A DNA stretch of 64,000 nucleotides from Lytechinus pictus (Eukaryota). This document shows positions 39,301 through 52,837 of the stretch, one piece after another. A model generated the notes under the pieces. That model saw only the letters and a list, made by a program, of their open reading frames with translations. It did no database searches and was not told the origin of the DNA. Location of the stretch: contig NC_087246.1 of NCBI RefSeq assembly GCF_037042905.1, positions 7,008,001 through 7,072,000 on the forward strand, read 5' to 3'. A program made the position numbers and the translations under genes. How positions within the stretch are numbered: position 1 is the first letter of the stretch; every line of letters begins with the position of its first letter.

Positions 39301-41343
39301 AAACATTTTACCCGCTTCATGGACTTTTCTTGCGTGTATGTTAAACAACACTGAGCTCATGCTATTGCTAGTGTAAGGTGCCAGGAAAAGCTGGAACACC
39401 TACAAAGCAACTTCACTGATATCCCCAACTACTGTGCATGAAACTAGGAATGGATCTACAAGGTCTATGGCTATGGAAATATATGTATTTCAAGATTTAA
39501 AAACACTTGTAATTATCTTCAAAACAAGAATTCATGAGAATCTTAAATTTTGCTTGTGCAGTTTAGCTACTGTGAATTCTTGTGGACTGGTCCTTTAATA
39601 ACTTATTTGTAACAGATACCAGGAACTCAGAAGACATAGATGGTCAATGCATTGTAATATGCAAGTCATAGCCTTGGTACCGTCTTGCCGTCGTTCATTT
39701 TTAATCGTCAATTCATATTGCATATCAAGCCCTCCTTCGTAACTCTGTAATCCTCAAGAGTAATAGGATACAGAGCGATTGAAACATGGGATCCTGAAGC
39801 GTGTCATGAGCTGTGACTGCTGATAGCCCTCAGGGAAGATGGCAAGGATTTAAGTTGTCATGTCCACTTACTGGACAACGTTCAAGAACTAGTCTCATCT
39901 AGCAGCTTGGCATAGACCATGGTCATGCCCATATTAAGATTGAGTTTGTTGTATTGCATGAAGTAAGATGATTATGATAATTTAGTCATTGGCAGTGACA
40001 TTAATATCTTTGAGAAGCAAGAGGATTGAATTACTTGAAGTGAAAACTTTGGTAAGCAACTATCTACCCATTTGTTGTTGGTAATTCCTTTTCCTTTGAT
40101 TGGGCAAGAGGTTTAATGTTTTACTGTTGATGAAACTGATTGGTGCTTGTTGACATTAGGGGTGTGATAGGAAAACCAGAAGTATGCATGAACAATTATA
40201 AGAGGGTCAGGGTTTGGAGTTTGAAGTGAAGAAAAAAATGAGTTTGGTGACTCAGAAATTTAAAAGGAACTCTGAAGGAAAAATTAACTGGGGAAAAAAC
40301 CCTCAGCTGCCATCAATTATTTTGTGGTTGAACAAAAGGGGAAAAGATGAATTGCTGTTTAGGAAATCTCCTTTTGCACAGATGATGTCTCCCATTAGTA
40401 GGTTCTGACTTTTCATTGAGCACCGGAAAAAGGGCAGCTGTATGGGATGTAACCTCTAAAAGGAGTTCTCTTCCACTTTCCTTCTTCATCTATTAAAGAC
40501 CCACTTATTCCATACTTTCTGAAATTTCTTCAAATTAATTTTGAGTGAAGTGTTGCTAGATATTTTACAGACTTCGCTGGAAAAGATTCTGGCTAAGTTC
40601 ATCCCATTATTAGTTGGCTATGACCTGTTTTCTTAGTGTGCCAGGTTGTAGAAGATTTAAAGTAAAGTTGCAGTGGACCATCCTTTGCTGATTCATCCTG
40701 TGTCTTGGACGTTAATCTTTCCATGATGTACAGGAAGGATGCCCATCTCCCAAATGTTCAATTTGTCAGCAGTAATTGATACGAGCCACACATTTTTCCC
40801 CTCTTCTCCACTTTAGTTTGTGGGCGGTTAGTCATTCTAGCCATCTTTCTATCATGTTTTCACTGTCTATGGCCTGGTTATCATTCAGGTTACCTACAGA
40901 TTTTTATCTCAATGACCTATAAGACCCTTCCCTATTTTTATAACTATGGATTCTTTCATAGAAAATAAGTACTAAATTCATTTACAGTTTTCATTAATTC
41001 ATTTAATGGTTTATTCAATAGACATGCATCACAGTAAAAAAATGAATTACACATGCTTTACATAGTATAATGCAAAGAATTGAATTTAGAGACTGTTTTT
41101 TTTAATTATTATCATGTTTAATTATTTATTAGTTTCATGGAGTTTCATCTAGTTCATACTGTAATATCACAAACTGTTTCAACTTCAAATATCTCAAGAT
41201 GGAACAATATTGTGTGGAATAAATATATAGTGATTAACATAGATTGATAAGAATAGCTATAATGATTTTCTGTCTCATTTTGAAAAGTGTTAATAATCAT
41301 TGTTTAATCAAGTCTTTATTTGTTCTGTTTTTAAATATCTCAG

Positions 41344-42571
41344 GGAACGGAAGGATGGAGAGAGGTCATCAAATCATGGACCTTCAGAAGGATGGTCCAA
41401 TGATCGTGAGAGGGAGAGCAGACCAGCAGAAAGTGAATCAAGAACACTTAATCACGTTCGCTTACTGGACAATGATCGTGATCATGAAAGGAGAAAAGAG
41501 GAGCGTAGTTCAGAGAGCCGCTCTAGTGATATGAAACGTGTGACCCCTCCCAGTCGCCATGTTAATGATGGAGTAAGACATTCAACATCTCGAGGTCATG
41601 ATGGACGATTTGATAGCGCATTCAACAATGTGTTACATCCCAATGCGCTGACCACCAAAGAGGAGAGACGGGAACCAGAAAAGGAAAAACCATCAGAGAG
41701 ATTGCCGGAGCAGCGTTTACCGGAACGGATTCCGGAAAGGATACCGGAAATATTACCAGAGAGGATACCCGAGAGGCTACCTGAAAGGCTTCCGGAAAGA
41801 TTCCCTCCGGAAGTCATGGCGTTGCATCAGGCATCCGTCCTCAATACCATGAACGCTATGAATCCTATGATGTCATTGCTAGACCGTCGCTTGCCAGGTA
41901 TGCCCTTTTCACCGCTTCATCATATGGAGAGGCATCCTAACCCGGGCATCCCAGGACCTTGGGATCCTTTTAGGGGTAACCTGGAGGCGATACATCGTGA
42001 GCAGCAGATTAGACTTGAGCGTGAATATGAGAGAGATCGCCTGATGCGATCTGCTCTTCACCAACCAATGGGGCCTATCATCGATCATCCAGATAGGCTC
42101 CGGGATCGAGAACACCACGACTTCTCGCGAGATAATCCTCTTGCCATGGAATCCACCATTAGGCACCTAGAACAGGAGCGCATGCACAGATACCTCGAGG
42201 AACGCGACCGTGCACTAGCCCTACGTGAGGATGCGGAACGGAGAGGAATCATTCACGGGACCTCCCAGGACCCACTCAACCCTCTGAACAGACCCACTAT
42301 TGGGGCAATTCCCCCATACTCAAGGACTAGTTCTATCTTCTCAAACTCTTTGCACAAGAACAGTTCACCTCCGTCGACCCTATCTGCCCCTCCTCCACCC
42401 TTGGTTTCCTCGGCTGCAACAAGTAATGGTCCTTCCCTGGGGCTTGGTCTCCTTGGACCTCACAGTCATTCAGCATCTCCTCATTTATCAGCCACCAGGA
42501 ATAGTTCACCTGCGGACTCTAATCCATCTAAAGGAAAAACAACTCCGGATAAAGATGCTCATTCAAGATAG
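41344..42571 (+). CDS. AUTS2: AUTS2-family terminal coding exon (R/E/H/P/S-rich, stop TAG 42569-42571)
   Basis: tctcag acceptor in phase 2 joins the 423-aa ORF frame; contains WDPFR, DRLRDREHHDFSRD (compare AUTS2 REPHDYS) and APPPPLVSS (compare APPPLIS). Confidence 0.9.
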
Positions 42572-43788
42572 GATACGGTTACCATGTAGCCTCCCAACAT
42601 TTCATCTTTCTTCTCTCTCTCTCTGTCACAGCTGTCATGTCCCCCCCCCCCCCCTTCATGTTTTCCTTGGAAATGTTCTTCCTTGGAAATGTTCTACTGT
42701 GAAGTTGCTATTTGTACTCTGATTTTCAAAAGTCTATGACTCCTATCTTAATGTAGAGGGTGCTATTATGTTGCCATTCTCCCAGAATACAACAAGATAA
42801 TACAATATATCCCTGTATCCCGGGGAGTATTTCAGACTTGCCATTCACTTGCAAAATTAATTGCAGTGTTAGCTTTAAATTTTATTGTGCATAGCACAGT
42901 TTTAAAGTTCAACCATTTGGTACTTCTGCATGGCCATGGATTATAGTTTGAAAGTTAAATGAATTTGACAAAATATTTCCCATTTTCAATATTTTTGTCT
43001 GCTTTCCATTAGCTGTCATTGTTGGTGAGTTAATAAAAATCAATTCCTTGTGCAATGTACCCCTAACATGGATGTATTTCTTAATCCGTTGGATTTGCCT
43101 AAATATAATGGTGATGAAGAGTTACTTCTAAGATAATGTAAATCATCATCCTTTCATAGATAGTCCCCTAATATTTTTTTTTAATAGATGATTGAAATAA
43201 TTGTAAGAAAATTTATTCTCTTGTTTGTGTGAAATTGTTTTCTATGTGCCAAATAGTTTTTTTCTTAATGTAAAGAGAGATCATGTAAATTAACATTCCA
43301 AAGAGAAAGAGGGACATTTGATTTTCAATTGAAATAGTCTTCAATTATATTTGGTTGTACAATTCTGTAAAATCCAACTGTCATTTTGTTACCTGTTCAC
43401 TGTTTGTCTGATAATGAATTTCTCTGGTGTAAGTTAGTGTTTAGAATAAGGGATTACATGGCATTTAATGACTCCAGTAAGCATTTTTAATTAACACCTA
43501 CACCAAGGGTTTAAACTGTGATTGGTATCACATGTTCTGTATTTCAAATCTGATACGTAACAACTGAAATCTTTATTGAAATAAATCTCATTTTCCTGTT
43601 TCTTTTGGTATGATTCCAAACAAAACTCTAAACTTCAAACTTAAATCTAAACTCATATAATGTGAGTCAGAAAAGAAGGTGGAATGTGACTGTGATGGTT
43701 AAAGGAAAACTATCCAAAAAAGAAGATTGATTATCTAAAATAAATTAAGTTTCATGTCAGCAAAACAAGACATTGAATTATATTTTAA

Positions 43789-44310
43789 AGGATAAGTCCA
43801 CCCCAGTAATAGATTGATTTGATTTTTCAGGGAAATGAGAGAGTAATAGCATTTAAAGTTTTGCTCATTTTCACAAAACATTTTTTGCTGAAGATAGTTG
43901 GTATGCAAATGAGAGAACTGATGACATCACACTCTTACTATTTTGTTTTTATATGAAATATGTATGGTTTTTTTAATGATGTAAAGCAAGGTTTGACTCT
44001 ACAGTGAATATGTTGAATCACTATATTTGTAATCTACCATGATTCAATCATGAACTTCTTATCAAACCTACTGAAATGGAAAATAAAAATACAAAAGAAA
44101 TGTGTGTCTGACATTGTTATCTCACCTTTTAAAGTATAACACATATTATGCATCTTTGTTTTATGAAATTAAGCAAAACTCTCCAAATTTTTAAACTTTT
44201 TTTTTTTGGGGGGGGGGTTCACATTCAATTTGTTGAAGTTGTCAGTGTTAGGCTTGTTTGATTTTTTCCTCTTTTATTAAAACCACAATCATTCTTGGTG
44301 GACTTGAACT
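43789..44310. mobile_element. Degraded TTAA-type (Kolobok-like) MITE in the probable 3' UTR
   Basis: TTAA (43785-43788) AGGATAAGTCCACC ... GGTGGACTTGAACT ttta; internal similarity to 54355-54538. Confidence 0.6.
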
Positions 44311-47300
44311 TTTAGTATTTTTTAAGAGTATCTAATAATCAAACAACTTGGTGGAATACTTTCATGTGAGATAAATTTGGAGTGGTATTGTTAAATTACT
44401 TAAAACTAACTTTTTAGAAATTATTGGTTGCTCTTAGCTCTGTACATATATTTCAATTTTCTGATCCTATCAGGTCCACAAAATTCAAAGTATAAGATTT
44501 CAAAACTAAGATTTTTTAGGCAATACTGAAATCTGTGGGGAACTAAAGGGAATACTTCACACATCAGTTTGAAATTGGATTATATGTAATTAAAACATAT
44601 ATAATGTAAATTAATATACAAGAATCAATTCTTAAAACTCAATAATCAATGCTGTGTACTTGTCATGAAATTGTTAATATAAAAATGTTTTTAATTCTTA
44701 ATGTGTATTGTATGTATGGATGGGTGACACATATTTCATTGTGTAACCACTCTCTGACTTCATGCCCTTTAAATGAGTATCATCTGTATTACCAATCACT
44801 TATGCTGCTGAACATCCTTCAAATGTCACCAACCTATTTTCTTTAAACTTGTTACTTTTCCCTCACATTGTCTGCTTTTTCAGATAAAATGAGGGTGGAG
44901 GAGATAAGAATCATGATAAGGATGAGGGGGGCAAGAAAAATAGGAAAAGGAGATAAAAAGTTTAGAGAAGATGAGCTTGATTTCCTACGCCGGCTGGCCG
45001 GTGTGCTCATCAAATATCCTGTTGTCAATAAGACCTAGTTTTAGTTAAAGAGAAAGAAAGAAGAGATACCCCTCTTGAGGATGATGATTCACCCCTATTT
45101 CAGACCCCCTTTAGCCCTCCCTCAGGGCTTGCCTGTCACCCCCAAAGAGTAATTTATTCCAATTATATGAGCAGTGTTATTGATTCTTATCAGATAATCA
45201 TAACTCAACCATAGTTTCAGGTCTGATTTATATAGAAATTCTTCATCTGTTTTTAATAGGTGTGTTATTAACCCTGTCAAGTTCAATTTGGAAGATAATC
45301 AAGCTGGCTATTCCTGATGTGGGTTATTATTTCAGAGTTAAAGATGTTTGATGGATCAGCCCGGAAATTGAGTATGGACTGTGACTCGTTTCACAGAGGC
45401 TTGCAAAATCAAAACAAGCGAATTCATTGTGTTTTCATGGAGGCATTCTTTTACATTACCAATGACGACTAGTGCATCAGGGATTTGAGTAACAAAGAAA
45501 GAACTTTGTGAGGGCTCTCTTCCAGTGAATTTCACCAACATTCTTTCAGCTTTCTGTTATTGACATTTAATTGAACCTTAAAATTGTATCTATACATCCA
45601 CCAAGAATAGTATTGGATCATAATAAGGGAATTTAAAATCCAATAAAGTTATTTATAGCATCCGACTAAATGAAATAGCAATCCATTATCATACCTCATC
45701 CCCCCAAAATATAATGAATAAATGAATGAATGAAAGCAATAGTTATACAATTTTTAAAATGGAATCACAATTGGGTTTATGGCTAGCTTAATTTGAAAAA
45801 AAAAAAATCAACGGGAAGAAGTGCCTGTTTTCACTGACCTTAAACTAGGATTATTTAATGTTTGATGGGAGATCAAATGGAATCAGTAATGGGAATATGA
45901 AAGCCATGATTCTATACTGTAATGTAATGCTTCATTTATTATTTACTTTAATTGTGAATGAGAATATTGTGAGTCATGTGCAGTTTTTAATATTTAACTT
46001 GTACTTAATCACATTCATTGAATTTAACGTAAAGATATTTTCAACAAACCAATTTTTATACTTAAAATTAGTATCATAAAGGTTGTTGTTTGAAAAAAAA
46101 TAATTAAGTGCCAATCTTCGAATAGCAAGTTTTAATTTCCTTGTTGATATTTGTGTAAAACAATGATTAAAGGATGTAATCATATTAGGTATGGTTGGAA
46201 AGACTGATGTAAATATCTGAAATTATGATACATCTTATACAGGCAAGCCCGTATCCAGTAACTGGGATAATCATTTTTCAGACAACGATCTAATGTGGTT
46301 AGCACTATAATAGCAGAATGTTATTATTATTTTATTAGCTATGGAAAGTATTTTAAATCACTAAGGATATTAGGAGATGTTTAAAAACGATATCCAACGA
46401 TCAGTTCTTATAACAACAGTTATAATATCTCTACCTGGAAAGCAAGGTTTAGTGTTTGATGATAGGGATGATTTCTATGCGTTGATTACATTCATCGCTA
46501 TGTGCAATTAATCATACAATCTAATGTCCATTCACTATGCGTTAGGCCCCAAGGTAAAATATGCACTAAAAATCTGTATAACCAATCTAATGCATTTGTT
46601 GGTTTAGGGTTTTCAAGTAAATTGAAATTGACATGTCTCATCTTGATTGAAGTTATATTTTCACATTCTCTTGATGTCTTTAACAAGTCACATATTTCTA
46701 ATAATTTGCTTTTTATCTCTTCTTGGAATAAGAAGGAGAGATGAATTAATGAATTCTATTTCACATCTTACTTGTTTGAACGTCATAGGGCTTTCTTTTG
46801 TCATTTTCATGTTCTCTGTTTTCCTTTCAATTCAATCTTTCATTTTATTTTCAAACTTGAAAATCATAATTCAAGGTTTACCTATGATCTGTGGGTGGTG
46901 GTAAGATGACCTTTCACCTACATCTTTTAATAAAGCACTTGTTCATAAATATTCAGTTTATCCGTATAAGGAAAAGGAAACTTCATATTCAATTTATTGA
47001 GAATGTTATCCCTATTGAAAGTGCAATGTGGGGGATTGTGTGAAGGAAATGAAGTGACTTTTGTAGATAGTTTTCATGTTTTTAAAGGAATATAGATGAT
47101 GATGACAATTTCAACATGAAATTCAAAATGTCTCTATTTCTAAATGAATAAGTTCAAATTCATGATATGTTTGCAAGGAAGTTATTGGCTGTTAGTGATA
47201 ATACAATGCCTCAATAGCCTCCCTGTAAATAGCTAAACCAAACTATTTGATTTATCTCTTAATCAGGTAATATATGATTAGTTCTCAGAGTAATGTGTAG

Positions 47301-47859
47301 ATATCAAAGCTGATTCAGTTAAACCAACAATCTTGAAATTAATTTGATTTTATGTCAAATTCACTATTAAAATTTATTGTAGGCCAACACAGCAATATGC
47401 CATGTGAGTCACAGATATGAATATATAAATAGTTGAAATTTACACAATGGCTCTGTAATGATGTTAATAACTTCTTTTGTTATTGTCTTATTTTTCCACC
47501 ATGTAATGCTTGAGATTTGTTTTGGTGGTGGATTGTGTATGTGAAGAATTTACAAAGTCAAATAATGAAACGAACTGTAAATATTTTTTTCCGAAAGGAA
47601 ATCTTGTTCATAAATTGTGATACAATGCTGGATTGATATACAGATTTTAAAAATGAATTTTGTGTCAACTCAAAAAAAAAATAATGGTAGAACCTTAAAT
47701 AAGTACTTGTTATTTGCTACAGTATTAAATTATGACTGAGAAAAGTTAGAACATCTTAATACACGTTATTTTGTATTTCCAATGGCATATAGTTGGACAT
47801 GGAGGGAACAGGAATAAAAGAGAAAGAGAAGATTAATAAGGTGAAGAGTTTATAAATAA

Positions 47860-48165
47860 AAAATTAAAAAAAATAAAAAATGAGGAAAATAGTGAGAGAA
47901 GCAAAGCCAATTATTGAATGGGGAAAGAGGTTGGATATTGAATTTGAGAGTGAAAAGGAGAGGTAGAAGAATGGTGAGAGAGAGAAGAGAAGAAAAGCCA
48001 ATGATTGGAAAGAAATGATGAATATTTGATTTAAGAAAGAGGGAAGAGAGGGAGAAGAATGGTGAGAGATAGAAGATGAGAAAAGGAAAGCCAATAATTG
48101 AATGCAGAGAAATGATGGATATTGAATTTGAGAAAGAGGAGGAGAATGAAGAGAGATAGAATATA
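47860..48165 (+). repeat. Purine-rich minisatellite, about 92-bp unit x3
   Basis: aaagccaat.attg.a...atattgaatttgaga recurs near 47903, 47994 and 48086. Confidence 0.65.
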
Positions 48166-49329
48166 GCGGGGAATATTCAATTTTCAGGTCAGTATATTAA
48201 AAAAAACATTAAATCACTTGGCCTTACAATCACATAACTTGTTCTGTAATATATCATGGTTTTGAATTCAAACAAAAACGCATGCCAAAATGGCAAGGCC
48301 TTTAACTTTCTTTTCATTAGCATAATTTTCAAACATATTGTGTTCACCTAAGCATAAAACTTTTGGATTGTAATAAATCACAGATCAAATGCACTATATG
48401 CATGAAGTTATGAGACATATTTCCAAAGTAAGCAATTGAATTTTAGTGAAAAAAACATAAAAAAGATCTTCTTACATTTCACATGTTCATCGAAGCATGA
48501 ATGTTTAATCAAACGCGAAACAATAATTGAAACATGTTAATTTCTCACACAACGAAAAACGGTTTAGTGGGCAAAATGAAAGTAGTCCAGTCAATCTAGC
48601 CAGAATAGGGGGGTAACCCACCACTAATTGCAACACGAGATATTCCACTGAAATGCTTTTGAGGAAGGTCCCCTAAACAACATACTAAAAGTCCCAAGAA
48701 ATCCAAGCAGTGGAAATTTATGAAATTTGCATGTTATGCAAATTAGCCATGAAAAATTAGGAAAAGAAGGAAAATAATCCAAAGATTACAAATTAAATGT
48801 CCAAAACAATTTAATTTGAATGGAAATTAATGATAAATAACTAAATTCAGTGTTTTTAATCAAAAGTGCAAAAAAATCTACCTCATTTGCATATTATGCA
48901 AATAAGCATCCTTATATGGAAAAATGTCAAGATATTATGATTTTTCTCATATACACTGCTTGAAAACATTTCATTAATGTTGACATTAATATGCTACTAG
49001 GCATGAGAATTCATCCCAATGCTTGAAAATTAATTTGCATATTATGCAAATTAGCCATTAAAAAAAATGATCCAAAGATTACAAATTAAATGTCCACAGC
49101 AAGTAAATTGAACAAAAGTTCATGATGAATAAATAAATTCAATTACTTTATTTTAAAAAGCTAGCAAATCTGCCTCATTTGTATATTATGCAAATAAGTA
49201 TCCTTATATGGAAAATTTCAAGAAATTTTTATTTTTCTCACATTGACTGCAGTGAAAACATTTCAGTTTTTTTAATTAATATGCTGCTATCACTAAGCAT
49301 TCAAATCTATCCTAATATAATTTATATTC

Positions 49330-51710
49330 AAGGAAAAATACTGGAAATATGTTCTCCGCTTCCTAAGCCGCGTTGTTGGTCTGACAAGATGATGGGATTG
49401 GCAAGAACAAAGCACAGTATTTGAATTGGTCTGTAGTTTGTTAGAGCTGACAACCCTTTCGTTCTGTGGAATGGGGGCCTAAGGCCCCCATTCCACAGAA
49501 CGGAGACCATTGAAAGACCACTGAAAGACTTAACATTGATGAGGTCTTACAGCGGTCTTCAAGATCACTGAATTTGTCATCTCTGTGGAATGGCTCAGAA
49601 AGACCCCTCAAAGAACTCTGAAAGACTGATGGATATTTATTGTCTTACTGGTCTTAGAGTAGTCCTATAGAGATTTTCAATGGTCTTTCAGAGATCTTTT
49701 ATGCAACAAGTGATCTTTCAGAATTCTTTCCATGGACTTTGCCTGGTCTTTCAATGATCTTTGAATAATCTTTCAATGATCTCTCATGAGTCTTACAGTG
49801 ATCTCCGCAAAAATCTTGAGAGACTGCCGAAAGATCATTGAAAGACTATTAAGACCCTAGACAGTTCATCGAAAGATCGCTGAAAGACTGCTGAAAGACC
49901 ATTGAAAGACCTTTTTTCCTGTAAGACCGTTGTAAGACTGTTTTGAACCGTTTCAAAAAGTTTTGGAGCCCATGAAGACCACGAAGACCACTGAAAGATT
50001 GGTCAGGACTCGTGTAAGACCTCAAAGACCATTGTAGGTTCATTGAGAGACCTCTGAAAGATCAACCAGAATTCATGGTCTTTCAAAGGTCTTTCAGCGG
50101 TCTTGTTCTCTGTGGAATGGGGTTTTAATATGAATGGGAACGACTTAGACTTTCTTGAAAATTCACCGTATAAAGGGAGGCCAGGTAAGATCTGATGAGT
50201 AGTCTCATTAAGAAGTCTAGCAGAGATTCCGTCTGGCCTAGTAGCTTCATGCAGGTTGTTTTCATTAACAATTTCTTCAGTAGTCTGGCTACACCTGCTT
50301 GACTAAACAATATGTTATCTGGCTATATCTGGGTCAGGACTGGGTCCCAGGACTTGTAGATCAGCGTCATCATCATCATGATCAGTGTTGAATACTATCA
50401 GACTAACAATCTTTGCCTTGCTTGTAGTCATAGCAATTGATATTAAGGGCTCACAACATGTTAATTGTTACAGCCTGGATCATTGTCAATCTGGTCAACA
50501 AATTATGTATTATAGGCTTGTCTACAAACCCTCTTATGGTCCTCTTTAACGCATTGTAGCAGTTCTGAGCTTTACCTTACTGATGCTTTTGGAGCTCTAA
50601 CATGCGCAAGCCTTCCTAGCATTTTTCTAAAACTCTTGACATCTTCCGACACAACTTATTTCCATTGTCTCATTGAGGCAACTTGTGTCGGAAGAAGACA
50701 TGGGTAACCGTGTGTTCTTGTTAAAGTCCTCTTGATTGGCATTCAATCTCCTATGCTCCACTTGTCGGATTTCAGTACAGAGAGTTGTATGATTGTCCAA
50801 AGTACATCTGCGTGGCACTATTAAAGTCAGCATTCCTCCAGAAGAACATCCTTAGTCGTACCATAATTACTAAAAAGTTTATTCCTCTGTATACCCTCAC
50901 AGTATACCCATGAGTACACATGTGGTACACATGCACTGTCTAATCAATGTTGGATGGTATTTGATGGTGATGTTAAGGGTGTTTCATTATGTTGTGTACT
51001 CTTGTTGGAAAGGCAATAATTTGGCTTAGTCCTCCATGTGGTTTGTTCATTGTCTCACTGAGGAGTTTCTGTTTGCCATAAATATCAGGAAATTAATATT
51101 ATTATTTGCATACGATTTGCTTAGAAACTATAGCTATAATATTTGGAGATGGTTGCCATCCTTAGGAGATTAATCAAAGAGGAAAGAACAGAAAATGGAT
51201 GCTTCATCCTGAAGCAGCAACTGGATTCAGCAAGAATATCTAATCACGATTCCTGTACCTGAGAAAGATGTCTATAATGCACTTTAAGCCTTCATCATGA
51301 ATTTATGAATGGCTTTCATGTCGCTCGTATAAGCAAATGCCCAATGTTACTCTTATTAACCATGCCCAGAGATCTTGTGATCCAAGCAAGTACTAATATT
51401 CACCACCAAGACAGGTGGTGCGCTACAAGGACCAAATATTCGAAGCTAATGGGTTTTTATTTGTACTGGGTGTGACATCTTGTGCTGACCACTTGGCGAT
51501 CCAGGAGCTTGCTAGCGTGGACTATACTCGCAAGAAACGCAAAGTCTTTACAAAGTCAAGAAGAGAGCAAGACTTGGATGGAAATAATGAAGAATTCAAG
51601 CAGTGGGATCCATGTAGAACGGACTCATCATTGTACAATATGAGTGGGGTAACTGCTCAGGAAAAAAGTCAACATCAACCAAGTTTCGGGAAGGTCATCA
51701 TGGTTAATGC
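49330..51710 (+). pseudogene. Frameshifted, stop-riddled remnant of a large transposase, AcademX-like
   Basis: Colinear fragments KILEICS (about 49333), GRP (about 50177), HEFMNGFHVARIS (about 51296), DLVIQ-QVL..TKTGG (about 51371) and CADHLAIQELASVDYT..KSRREQD..WDP..DSSLYNMSGVTA (ORF 51415-51771) resemble, from memory, motifs of invertebrate Academ-type XPG/CXC transposase proteins; not database-verified. Confidence 0.6.
49483..50125. mobile_element. PIF/Harbinger-like MITE (TAA TSD) nested in the Academ-like element
   Basis: TAA (49480-49482) GGCCCCCATTCCACAGA ... TCTGTGGAATGGGGTTT TAA (50126-50128); interior made of TGAAAGAC(C)/GGTCTTTCA repeats in alternating orientation. Confidence 0.75.
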
Positions 51711-52837
51711 ACATAATCTACATGGAATTTTAGAGGAAAGTATCACGTATGTGTTACTTGAATATTTATAACATGTCGGATGCTTATTTGCATAATATGT
51801 AAAATACACTTCAGATATTAAGCTGATTATTAATGTATTGGCCATTTTTAGTTATCACATCATATTGATCTAGACTGAAATATTTTCATAACTGTTTTTG
51901 TGAGAAAAATCAAAATTTCTGGATTTTTTTCCATATAAGGATGCTCATATATATGCAAATGGGTAGATTTATTTACGATTTTTTATTTAAAAATAAATAA
52001 ATTTGTAAAACTTATAACGGGCTTCAGTTCAATTCATATTGTTTTCTGCAGTTGATTTCCAATATTTTGATTGTTTTCCTTATTTGTAATTTGTTATGGT
52101 TAATTTGCATAAAATGGACATTTTGTGATTTTCCTATGGTGTTTAGGAAACCTTCCTATAAGGTATTGCCATATTCCAATTTTAATAGATAATCTACCTG
52201 CAATATTTGAGGGATGTATCACAAGTGTGTTTTCTTGAATATTTATAACATGTTAGATACTTTCATTTGCATAATATGCAAATTACACTACAGGCACTAA
52301 GCTGAATACAAATGTATTCAACGTCCTTAGTGAAAGCAGCATGTAAATTTCAACATTAATGAAATTTTCAAGCAGTCAATGAGAGAAAAATCACAATACC
52401 TTGACATTTTTCCATATAAGGATGCTTATTTGCATATTATGCAAATGAGGTAGATTTGTTTGCACTTTTGACAAAAAACATTGAATACAGTTATTCATCA
52501 TGAATTTTCGCTCAAATTAAATTGTTTGGACACTCAATTGCAATCTTTGGGCTATTTTCCGTATTTTTTTTTACTTTTTATGGCTAATTTGCATAATATG
52601 CAAATTTCATAAATTTCCACTGCTTGGATTTCTTGGGACTAGTACGTTGTTAAGGGGACCTTCCTGGAAAGCACTGCAGTGGAAAATTCCGTGTTGCAAT
52701 TAGTGGTGGGTCAATCCCTATAGTGACTGGACTAAAGATTACTTTTAGACTTATGAACTTTGGAAATTGTTGGTATCAAAAGTGTTCACTGAACCGTCAC
52801 ATTATTAGTTTTGTTTAAGATACACTCCCAAAAACAT

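Larger units (their letters stand above)
48583..52734 (+). mobile_element. Academ-like DNA transposon (about 4.15 kb) with long repeated TIRs and decayed transposase
   Basis: TAGTCCAGTCA (48583-48593) ... TGACTGGACTA (52724-52734); AAG duplicated at 48580-48582 and 52735-52737; arms of about 0.7 kb (left) and 1 kb (right) with ATTTGCATATTATGCAAAT repeats. Confidence 0.85.

Noticed and set aside
42572..47820. Exact poly(A) site of the AUTS2-like gene
   Set aside because: Several AATAAA hexamers in AT-rich DNA; cannot choose without transcript data.
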